The translations under genes and the position numbers were made by a program. The notes under the pieces were generated by a model that ran no database searches, had not been told where the DNA came from, and was given only the letters and a program-made list of their open reading frames with translations. A stretch of 64,000 nucleotides of DNA, taken from Vulcanimicrobiota bacterium (GTDB lineage Bacteria > Vulcanimicrobiota > Vulcanimicrobiia > Vulcanimicrobiales > Vulcanimicrobiaceae). Location of the stretch: positions 165,906 through 229,905 of the forward strand of contig CAWHWQ010000008.1 in assembly GCA_963833095.1 (NCBI GenBank), read 5' to 3'. Positions 55,666-64,000 of this stretch are shown here, in pieces; the first letter of the stretch is position 1; each line of letters starts with the position of its first letter.

Positions 55666-56766
55666 ATGCGTCGGTGGCTCTGCGCGATGCAGATTGGAGT
55701 GCTGACTTCAGCGCTTGGGAGCGGTGTTGCCTCCGCTGCTTTGAGTGGCGCGAACAGCGCATTTGCACCGCCGGCCGTCGATTTCACGTCAACGCTCTTC
55801 TCGCGCCTCTTCGGTGAATCGACCGATCGCCAGGCCTCGTTCAAAGCGGTCGCGGGCGATCCGATGGCCGAGACGCCGCTGCGCGACCTGGCATTCCGGG
55901 TGAATCCCGTTGCGCAAACGGTGACGGTCGAAACCGTCGCGTCGCAATTGCCGGCGCCGAGCCTCAATCTCTCCGATCCGTCGTTTGCGCCGCCAAACCA
56001 GCCGCGAGCATCGCTGGCCGATTTGAGCGCGCAGCTACGCATACCCGCAGTTGAGTATTACGAAAGCGCCGAGCCCGTCCCCACCGATGCGCCCGCGACG
56101 CAACGTTTCGATCTTGACGGCTTCCACGTGAGCTCGACGCAGGTCAGCGACTTCGTGCCCGGAGCGCAGCAGCCGGCCGCTTCGGATAACGCGCAAGGCG
56201 CAAGCGTGTCGATTCCGCTGCATCTCGGCAAAGTGCGCTTTTCACCGCATGCCGAAGCGGCGCAAACGCAAGCCGCGCAAACGATGTTCGCAACCGGCGC
56301 GCTCGCCGCGGGTGCGACACTGAACGTGCGCGCGGGTTCGCGCAACCTTGGTGTGGATCTCTCGAGCGCGCTCGAACATTCGACGCTAACTGCGCCGCAG
56401 TTCTCGGCCGCAGGCACATCGCCGGTGCTCGGCCTTGCGGGCAGCAACGTGCCGGTGTTCGTTCCTGCGTATGCCGACGTAAGCACGCATACCCTTTCGA
56501 CCGGACTCACCGTTCCGGTTACGCGCGCCTTGACTGCCAACGTGCAAATCAACTCGCAGCATTTGCTCGGCGGGTACGGCGTTCCCGGCGTCTCGGCGCT
56601 GGATGCGAACAACACGATCTATGGCGCGCAACTGACCTACAATCTGCCGAGAAGCTCGAGTGCGATCTCGTTCTCGGCTAGTCAGTACCACTTCCAAGAC
56701 AATTTGGTGCCGGCAAACGCGCTGACCCAAACCAACGCAAACGTCAATTTCACCATCAAGTTCTAA
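55666..56766 (+). CDS. Exported protein with probable C-terminal outer-membrane beta-barrel
   Basis: Alternating beta-strand patterns and C-terminal NANVNFTIKF (beta-signal with terminal Phe). Confidence 0.55.
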   Translation: MRRWLCAMQIGVLTSALGSGVASAALSGANSAFAPPAVDFTSTLFSRLFGESTDRQASFKAVAGDPMAETPLRDLAFRVNPVAQTVTVETVASQLPAPSLNLSDPSFAPPNQPRASLADLSAQLRIPAVEYYESAEPVPTDAPATQRFDLDGFHVSSTQVSDFVPGAQQPAASDNAQGASVSIPLHLGKVRFSPHAEAAQTQAAQTMFATGALAAGATLNVRAGSRNLGVDLSSALEHSTLTAPQFSAAGTSPVLGLAGSNVPVFVPAYADVSTHTLSTGLTVPVTRALTANVQINSQHLLGGYGVPGVSALDANNTIYGAQLTYNLPRSSSAISFSASQYHFQDNLVPANALTQTNANVNFTIKF

Positions 56767-56770
56767 CCCG

Positions 56771-57574
56771 GTGCCTCGCTCGAACCGCCTCCCGCGCGCG
56801 ATCGTCGGGGTGGTTGTTCTGTGCGTGACCCTCGTGCTTGCGCTCGTGCAGTTGGCTTCGGGAGCCATCTACGGGCATGGATCACGCGCTTTCGGTATGG
56901 GTGTGTACCGGGCGATCGATGCGATCGCTCCGGCTGCCTACGTGAACGATACGCTTGCTTCCGCCGAGCTTATGCAAGGTGACGCTTCGGCCGCGCAGCG
57001 CTACGCGCTGCGAATGCCGGCCGGCCCCCGCCGTGACGACCTCTTAGCGCAAGCCGCTGCCGCGCAAGGACAGACGGTGCTCGCGCGCGAGTATTATTTT
57101 GCCGCTTACGACGTGGCTGCGGTGCAACGCGCGATTGCGGAACTGGCGCGCACCGATCTACCGGCTGCAATGCAATTAGAGGACCGTCTGCGCGAGCGCT
57201 TGCTGTTGCTCGGCGCGCATCCCGACGCTGTAGCGGATTCCTATTTCAGCAGCGCAAATTACGAAGCGTGGCTGCATCACTATCTCGCCGGGTTCGCGCT
57301 GGATGAACGCGCGCTCGCGCTTGCCCCGATGAATATGGGGTACTTACTTTCGGCTGCGAACAATGCGTATCTGGGTGGAGATCTCACCGACGCTCGGCGG
57401 CTTTTCGAGCGCGGCATCGCGATCGACCCGGCCGGCGGCAATTCCTATGCCGGGTTGGGATTGATTGCGCTGCGCGAGGGGCATCGCGATCGCGCTCAGA
57501 CATATCTGCAGCAGGCGCGCGCAGTCGATCCCAGCGCGCAGATGATTCCGGCACTCGAGGCGGCGCTGAAGTGA
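56771..57574 (+). CDS. Membrane-anchored tetratricopeptide repeat protein
   Basis: N-terminal TM; ARRLFERGIAIDP, SYAGLGLIALREG, YLQQARAVDP. Confidence 0.8.
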   Translation: MPRSNRLPRAIVGVVVLCVTLVLALVQLASGAIYGHGSRAFGMGVYRAIDAIAPAAYVNDTLASAELMQGDASAAQRYALRMPAGPRRDDLLAQAAAAQGQTVLAREYYFAAYDVAAVQRAIAELARTDLPAAMQLEDRLRERLLLLGAHPDAVADSYFSSANYEAWLHHYLAGFALDERALALAPMNMGYLLSAANNAYLGGDLTDARRLFERGIAIDPAGGNSYAGLGLIALREGHRDRAQTYLQQARAVDPSAQMIPALEAALK

Positions 57575-58599
57575 AAGTTGCGGTCGACGCGCAGCTTGCC
57601 GTCGGCACCGCGACCGGAATCGGCGAATACGTCCGAGGTTTAATCGATGCGCTGCGCGCCGATGGACTCGACGTGATCGAACTTTCCGAGCCCAAGCTGG
57701 ATCCCTGGCGTTTCGACCGCCGGGTGTTTTGGGATCAGGTGCTCTTGCCGCAACGCGTGCGCCAAGTAGCGCCCGATGTGGTGCATTGCGCGTCGGGCAC
57801 GGTGCCGATGGGCCTGACGGTGCCGTATGTCGTGACGGTGCATGACGTCGCATGGCTGCGGGTGCAATCGCACGCCCGTCCTTACGCGCGCTATTACTTC
57901 GGGCGCTTTTCGATCGACCGCTATCGCGATGCGTCGGCGATCGCGGTCGATTCGGCTTTTTCGCGCGATGAATTGCTCGCGGTGATGCCTGAGCTCGATC
58001 CGGCGATCGTGCGCGTGGTGTATCCCGGGGTTGCCGCCGACTACTGCACGCTTCCGCGACGCGCCGGCGACGGCCGCACGATTCTTGCGATCGGCACCGT
58101 GGAGCGGCGCAAGAATCTCGAAACGCTGATCGAGACGCTGCCATTCTTGGAAGAGGCGCGGTTGGTGTCGGTGGGACCCTACACGAGCTATCAAGATGAA
58201 TGCCTGGGCATCGCGCGCTCGCTCGGCGTCGAGGATCGCGTAGAGTTTCTCGGCTACGTGCCGCGCGAAGAGGTGCTCGAATTGTGCGCGCACGCTGCGG
58301 TCATCGCGGTGCCGTCGCTGTACGAAGGCTTCGGGTATGCAGCGGCGCAGGCGATGTGCGCGGGCGTTCCGGCCGTGGTGTCGGATCAGGCTTCCTTGCC
58401 GGAGATCGTCGGCGATGGTGCGCGCGTCGTTGTGGCGACCGATATAAAGCGGTGGATCGAAACGCTCGGCGCGGCGCTACGGGGCGAGGACGACGCGCGC
58501 GCGCAGGGCGGCCGCGCTGCGGCGATCGAGCGCTTTTCGTGGGCCAATAGCGCTCGCGAGATGCTCGCTGCTTATGAAATGGCGCTCAACCTAGGTTAA
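57571..58599 (+). CDS. Glycosyltransferase family 4 (MtfB-like)
   Basis: TGIGEY, VVTVHDV, GTVERRKNL, PSLYEGFG, SLPEIVGD, FSW. Confidence 0.92.
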   Translation: MKVAVDAQLAVGTATGIGEYVRGLIDALRADGLDVIELSEPKLDPWRFDRRVFWDQVLLPQRVRQVAPDVVHCASGTVPMGLTVPYVVTVHDVAWLRVQSHARPYARYYFGRFSIDRYRDASAIAVDSAFSRDELLAVMPELDPAIVRVVYPGVAADYCTLPRRAGDGRTILAIGTVERRKNLETLIETLPFLEEARLVSVGPYTSYQDECLGIARSLGVEDRVEFLGYVPREEVLELCAHAAVIAVPSLYEGFGYAAAQAMCAGVPAVVSDQASLPEIVGDGARVVVATDIKRWIETLGAALRGEDDARAQGGRAAAIERFSWANSAREMLAAYEMALNLG

Positions 58600-60036
58600 G
58601 CTGCACTGCTCGATTCGAGGAACAGCCGGACCAGTTCGGCGCGGCTTTCGACGTTCAGGATCTTATTCATATGCTTGATGTGAACGCGAACCGTCCCCTC
58701 AGCCATCCCAAGTGCCTCGCCGATTTCGCGCGCCGTCTTGTTGCTGGTGACCAGCAGTTCAGCCACCTCACGCATGCGACCGCGAACGCGAGCGATCGGC
58801 GCTGTCATGTGCTCATACTGACGAGCAGCGAGCGAACGCGGATAGGCGGCGACGAGACGTTCGACGCGTTCGCGCCAGCGGACACCTCCGCCGAGTTCGA
58901 CTGCTCGAAGCGCGCAGCTCGCCGCGCGATGCGTGTATTTCAGCTGCTTGAATATCTTGTATGCGTTTTGCGCATGCTGCAGCGCTTCATCTCCGTCCGT
59001 GAGTTGCGAGAGGGCGAAGGTTTGAAAGCTTCTAGGCGGCGCCCGTGAGCTGCCGCCGCACATCTTCGAGACGCTTGACGCCTGGCGCACGAGCAAAAAG
59101 AGCGCTGTGCCCGGGTTGGATCGGAGCGCAATACGTCCACGGCCGCGAAAACGCCCATTGCCGCCTCCTCATTTTGATCGCGCTCCCAATCGATTTCGGA
59201 GAAGCAATCTAACGCGTTGGCGCAGGATGAAGGCGCTGGAAATGCTTTCGCCGATCGCATGACTGATTCGGGCGCGGTCCGCAAAAATAAGACCGCGTCG
59301 CATGGCGTCCGGGGCAAGCCCAAAGGCGCCGTCCAAAAGATGCATGGCGGTAATCCAGTCGCCGCGTAACGCTTTTCGCCACGCTAGAGCGCGCTGCGTA
59401 TAGAAGCGAGAGTCGTCGAATCCTCGGGCCACGCGAACTGCTCTAGCAGTTCTTCGGCGCGGAGGCCGAGGTCACCGAGTTCGATTTCTCGCACGAGGTC
59501 CGAGGGTTCTGCAATTCTGCGATCAGCCGCGGTCTACGTTTTCCTTAAGTCCCAGCGAAAGAGCGTGCATCAGATATGCGGCTTGCTTCTCAAATTGTTC
59601 GTAAAGCCCGTTGATCCAGGCGAAGTGCCGCGTACCGAACGCGCTGTTCCGAACCTGCGGCAACGCTTTCGAAAGTTCTTCCCGTACCTTTTGCGGAGCA
59701 TCGGTCGATAAAGGCGATAAGCGCGAGCGTAACGCAACTTCCGCCTGCGCCCATTGTGAAGTTGCCGGCAGCCATGGCTTTAGCGGGAGGACCAGCGCCG
59801 CAAGCGCAGCGTTTTCGTGCGCGCGGCCAACGGAGCAAGTTTTGCATCTCCGATTTCCGCAAGAGATGCGCTGAGCGCTCGCTTCGCCGCGATATCGCCA
59901 CGGCGAAACGCTACCCAGAGTCGGAGGCGAAGTGCCTCAGGGTCGTCGACAAAAGGGGAAACAAAAATTCCACCTCGGCGAAGGCGCCAAGGTGGAAGAG
60001 ATCCCACGCCCGAGCGACCTCGACTCTCGAACCCAT
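58596..60036 (-). CDS. LuxR-type C-terminal HTH regulator with helical-repeat N-terminus; several frameshifts
   Basis: C-terminal REVAELL...TAREIGEALGMAEGTVRVHIKHMNKILNVESRAEL; upstream helical fragments; probable ATG at 60036. Confidence 0.75.
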
Positions 60037-60048
60037 CAAAGAGCGAGT

Positions 60049-60270
60049 TTAACGTCGGCGAGCCCGCCCTTTGGTCGCCGGGGTTCGGGGGCCGAAAAGA
60101 CTACTAGGTGCTCGGGGGGCGACCCCGTTGCGTCCATTTTGTGCATGTTGTGCCCGGGGAGCGACGGGCGCCTGAACCACCGCGCGATCAACTAACCCAC
60201 CCCCAGCGGTGGCCGAGACGCCCGAATTCCCGAAAAAATGGAAGAGAAGTGCCAGGAAAATCGACAGCAT
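60049..60270 (-). CDS. Small secreted peptide candidate
   Basis: AAGGAG RBS 6 nt before ATG 60270; MLSIFLALLFHFFGNSGVSATAGGGLV; 3' end uncertain. Confidence 0.45.
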   Translation of the reverse strand: MLSIFLALLFHFFGNSGVSATAGGGLVDRAVVQAPVAPRAQHAQNGRNGVAPRAPSSLFGPRTPATKGRARRR

Positions 60271-60431
60271 CAGAGGCTCCTTCCGAAAGGGAGAAGACGC
60301 GGAGATACCCGCTACCGGGTAGTGTTTCTGCACTTTTTGGCGATTACTCCTGATCCTATCGCAAAAGGGACTTTTGATCTACTTAAATCCCCTTATGGTT
60401 TGGCTGATCCCCCTCGGATACGCTTGGGCCA

Positions 60432-60955
60432 TGGATACGGAACTCACCCTTCATGAGCTGTCGCGCCTGGAAGCCCAGCGGAAGCTCCGGGACCTGCCGT
60501 CGGCGGTCGTCGAGACCGCTTGGGTCCGCGAGGCCCAGATCGAGGCGGTTATCGACGCCGTCCTCGCCGTAGCCCTCGGCGGGGATGCCGAGGCAACGGC
60601 CCGCGCCCGGCATACCGGAGAGTGGTGCGCCCGCATCGCCGCCACGCTCCCGAACGGACCAGAGCCGTCGCTTGCGCGCCGGTTTGGTGTTTTGAGCAAT
60701 ATCGATCCCGCCACGCTGGGGCGCATCGCCGAGCTGCGCCATATCGCGCAGCACGCGCTTGACGGCCCGCTGCGGAGGATCGCAACTGTCGCGCGCGAGT
60801 TCGACGCATGGATTTCGCCCGACGAATTCGGTCGCGCAAAATCGCCGCATATTGTCTTGTCTGCAATGCTTTCAAAAGCAGAAGATTCGACGCGCCCGAT
60901 CATCGAGGCATTGGGAAATGCTCTGAACGCAACGAGCCATGCGCGAGTCGCTTGA
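60432..60955 (+). CDS. Hypothetical protein with degenerate HD-GYP-like pattern
   Basis: RHTGEWCARIAATL...RIATVAREFDAWIS...IIEAL spacing resembles HD-GYP, but HD and GYP residues are absent. Confidence 0.45.
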
Positions 60956-61310
60956 CCATCCGTATTCACCAGCGGACGCTGCGATTCGCACCCAACTTGG
61001 GGCGATCATGAAGAACGTGTCCACGTATGCTCGGGCTGCGCGCCAGCTCGGCGTCGTCGACAAGGTCGGTCTCGAGGAGTCACTCGGCTGGCTGAACGAG
61101 TATCTACGCACAGCCGAAGTTTTTGGCGCGCTCAAAGACTTTCAAGCAGAAGCGCTCTACGATGCGGGTATCGCGCTGAACGCTGCCTACAAGGTCGCGG
61201 CAGCCGACGGTAGCGATAGCAGCGTGGCCACGAAGGAAGCGTTCGGGCGCGCGTGCGAGTCGCTACGGAAATTCTGGGCGAGCATGGGCGAGGTCTCTAG
61301 CGCGCCGTAG
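60939..61310 (+). CDS. Hypothetical helical protein
   Basis: 123-aa ORF between two plus-strand genes, host-like codon usage; start uncertain. Confidence 0.55.
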   Translation: MRESLDHPYSPADAAIRTQLGAIMKNVSTYARAARQLGVVDKVGLEESLGWLNEYLRTAEVFGALKDFQAEALYDAGIALNAAYKVAAADGSDSSVATKEAFGRACESLRKFWASMGEVSSAP

Positions 61311-61328
61311 TCGGGTACTGTCCCGTGC

Positions 61329-63451
61329 ATGCGCGCACGCGAAGCGGGATTCACGTTGCTCGAAATGGTCGTGGCGGTCGGCATCGCCGTGATTTTGCTG
61401 GCGGCCGGGGGCTATTGGATGCTTTCAATGCGGCCGGCGGCACTCCGCGGAGCGCTCGACGACTTCGATTCGAACCTAGCGGCGGCAAAAGCGCTCGCAG
61501 CAAGCAGCGGCAACGGCGCGACGCTTGTCTTCGCTCCGCAAACGGGCGGCGCACCCGGCTTCACGCTTCGGGTGTATTCGGGACGACCGACTGCCTCTGG
61601 TGCGGTGACGACGACGAATACGATGGCGGCGATCAGTGCGACGAGCGTAAGCGAAGCGCACTTTGGTAAACCGCCCTTTGCGATATTCTTAAACAGCGCC
61701 GGTTACCCGACCGGCTCCGCTAACTATCCCTCGCTCGACGCGCAGGAGAATCCGACGTTCAACGTCATCGCGCAGCAACCGCCGTGCCCGAGCGGTGGCA
61801 TCGTGCTGACGTTTACGAATCCTCAAGGTGTTAGTGCGACGCGCACGTTGCCGTGCAACACCGACGTTGCGTTTGCAGCCGGCGCCGACCCGACGCCGAC
61901 ACCCAATCCACCGCATGTTTCGCCGACGTATCTGCTCGCGCATTACACCACCGACAGTGGTCCGCTGAAATTCAAGGCAGCGGAATACGGCTACTATCAT
62001 TGGTACGCGTCGACGGCGAACGGCGCGCCCTGTCAAACGCAGTCGTCGGATACGGGAGCGGCGCCTGCGACATTTGCAAGTCCGTGGCCGTACGCGCAGC
62101 CGAGCCCATCGAGCCAGAGCGGCGCCGCGCCAGCGCCGCCCGAGTTCGCACCCTACACCTGGCCGGTCGGAGATCCAAACGATCCGCCGGCGTGGTTCCA
62201 ACTTGCGCCGGTCTTACACAACGGCGGCATGTGCACGGTGACGGTCGCCGACGATTACAATCAAACGGGCGGCGTAACGGTGCAAGTGATGGGGGATCTC
62301 ACGCCGTCGACAACGTCGCTCACACTCACTGTCGGTAAAGGCGGCGGCGCGGTCAACTTCTCAAAGACGTTTGATACCGAGCAGCTTTTGCTTTCCGCCG
62401 GTGGCCACTGTTTGGGAATCGTGACGGCCCAGCCGCAAAACGGCAGCACGCCGAATGGGCCGCCATCGCACGCGCCGGCGACCGCGAGCGTTGCGGTGAC
62501 GCCTGTCGCGCAAGGATCGTGCGCGATGATCGTGCAGGATCAATACGGCGAGCAAGTGCAGATCGGTATCAACGTTGTAGCGCCGCCGCGGCAGAATTTC
62601 AGCACGTGGCCGGCATCGCTCGTGTTGGGCGCGGGCGGTACGCCGGTAGCTTCGAGTACGAACGGCATCATACAAATCTCCGATCGCAAAGCTTCCTTCA
62701 CGGTAGCGATCGGCCCCGTGCTCAACGCATTGCTCGCCGGCGGCGTCGCACGCGCGCAAACGATGCCGTACACTGGGCCGTGCTATGCGCAAGCCTTTCT
62801 TTCGGGAGCGAGCGGGCTGATCGATGCATCGTTACCTGGAAACGTTGCGGGTGCGCTCGGCGTAAGCGTGACGACCGACGGCTGTATTCTTAATGCGGAC
62901 GGAAGCGCGCCGTACGGCGGCGTCGACAGCGGCGGTGCGATAATAGCGTACGAGCCAAGCGGACAAACGGGAAGCTTTGCACCGGTCTCGGAGTGCCAAA
63001 ATGTCGCGTAGGCTCATGGAATCCGCCTAGTGCGAGCGGCGCCATGCGTCGCTGTCCGGCAGTGGGCAACGATACCAGGCACTTGCACGATCGATTTCAC
63101 TGACGGCACTTCGACGCAAACATCGATGCCCGACGCGGGCAAGTCGCGGTTATCGTTCTACCGACTGGCACCATAACGATCACCACGCACGGATGCACCT
63201 TCATCGGATCAACCGGAACGACGGTTTGTAGTTTCGAAGTGAGCGTCGTCATCGACGGCAACGGAGCCTGCAGCGCGTATGGACCCGGCGCTCAGCCGGA
63301 TGCGGAACCGGGCGATGGTACGACGGTCTTTAGCGTGGCGCCGCAAAATAGCGCGAGCGCGTGGGCGACATACTTGAAAGGGATCACGCAGAGCGCGGGA
63401 GCAACGATGGCGACGGTCTCGGTGGCTACGTCCGGATGTCCGTTGAGTTGA
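61329..63451 (+). CDS. Large prepilin-type N-terminal cleavage/methylation domain protein with Ig-like repeats; broken near 63010
   Basis: EAG-FTLLEMVVAVGIAVILL type IV pilin leader; repeated PV..G.C...V.D.Y units; similar sequence continues to TGA 63451. Confidence 0.78.
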
Positions 63452-63454
63452 ACG

Positions 63455-64000
63455 TTACGGCCACGTCGGATGATTGGGATCCGTGTAGGAGCGTGGGTCG
63501 ATCGGGAACTCCGCAAGGCCCATCGCGCTAACCGAAGCTGGCGCTAAAGGGAGCGTATTGCCCCGCAAACCATAGTCGCTTGCGGTCAGTTGCGTAGCGT
63601 CGAAGCCTGTTGCGAATTGTGGGTCGATGAGCCCCGCGCAGGAGACCCGCCGCTTGTGTTGTACCGGCCGTCTCGATTTCATAGGAAATAAGCGATGTGC
63701 CGCGGGTTACAGCGACGGCTGATAAGCGTTATTGTCGCGTACATTCTTCCACCAACCACTCGTCTATCGTCCCGCCGGCAAGGTTGTTTTGCGCGCGTTC
63801 ATATTGCCACGCGATGTAGCATGGCATTTCTGTCGTTGCATTCAGCGTCGCGAGGCGATAGTTGCCGTTTGTTTCCCACGTCGGCGCGGTGTAGCCCGCG
63901 GGTACCGTCGGCAACGTCGGCGCTACGAGCGTTTGATTTCCGCCCGTCAACGTCGCATTGTCGTGCACGGTCGCCTGCACGGTGAAATTTACCGGCGATG
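63455..64000 (-). CDS. 3' part of a probable secreted protein entering from the right edge; frameshifted
   Basis: Fragments 63729..63980 and 63455..63682 look like consecutive Thr/Gly/Pro-rich coding pieces. Confidence 0.4.

Overview
High-GC bacterial chromosomal origin region, probably from a diderm Terrabacteria lineage. Vulcanimicrobiota/Eremiobacterota is my best guess from gene order and protein style, not a verified assignment. The minus strand carries the classic origin block (rpmH-rnpA-yidD-yidC-jag ... mnmE ... mnmG-rsmG ... cca-parA-parB-thiE-thiD-trpS). The plus strand carries dnaA-dnaN-recF-DUF721/DciA-gyrB, around a bipartite oriC that includes a Bacillus-type DnaA-box + DnaA-trio unwinding element. 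gyrB is followed directly by a large outer-membrane/LPS cluster (tamB, bamA, three Skp/OmpH-like genes, lpxD-lpxC-fabZ-lpxA-lpxB, metallophosphoesterase, LpxB-related protein, O-antigen ligase-like gene, lptC-lptB-lptF/G, DUF3084, YqgF-like). Many essential genes are broken by 1-bp indels clustered in blocks, which I read as uncorrected long-read assembly error, so those coordinates are approximate. The standout is a 3,073-bp IS1595-family cargo transposon (13281-16353) with 25-bp terminal inverted repeats and an 8-bp target duplication (AAACATTT). It sits between two parS sites that were adjacent before insertion. It carries an atypical tRNA-Asp(GTC)-like gene inside a ~300-nt structured RNA, a proteasome-beta-like Ntn-hydrolase and several small ORFs. 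A second candidate novelty is a stand-alone UshA-like metallophosphoesterase with an LpxH-type GNR motif, coupled to lpxB, which may supply the LpxH/LpxI/LpxG step missing from this cluster.
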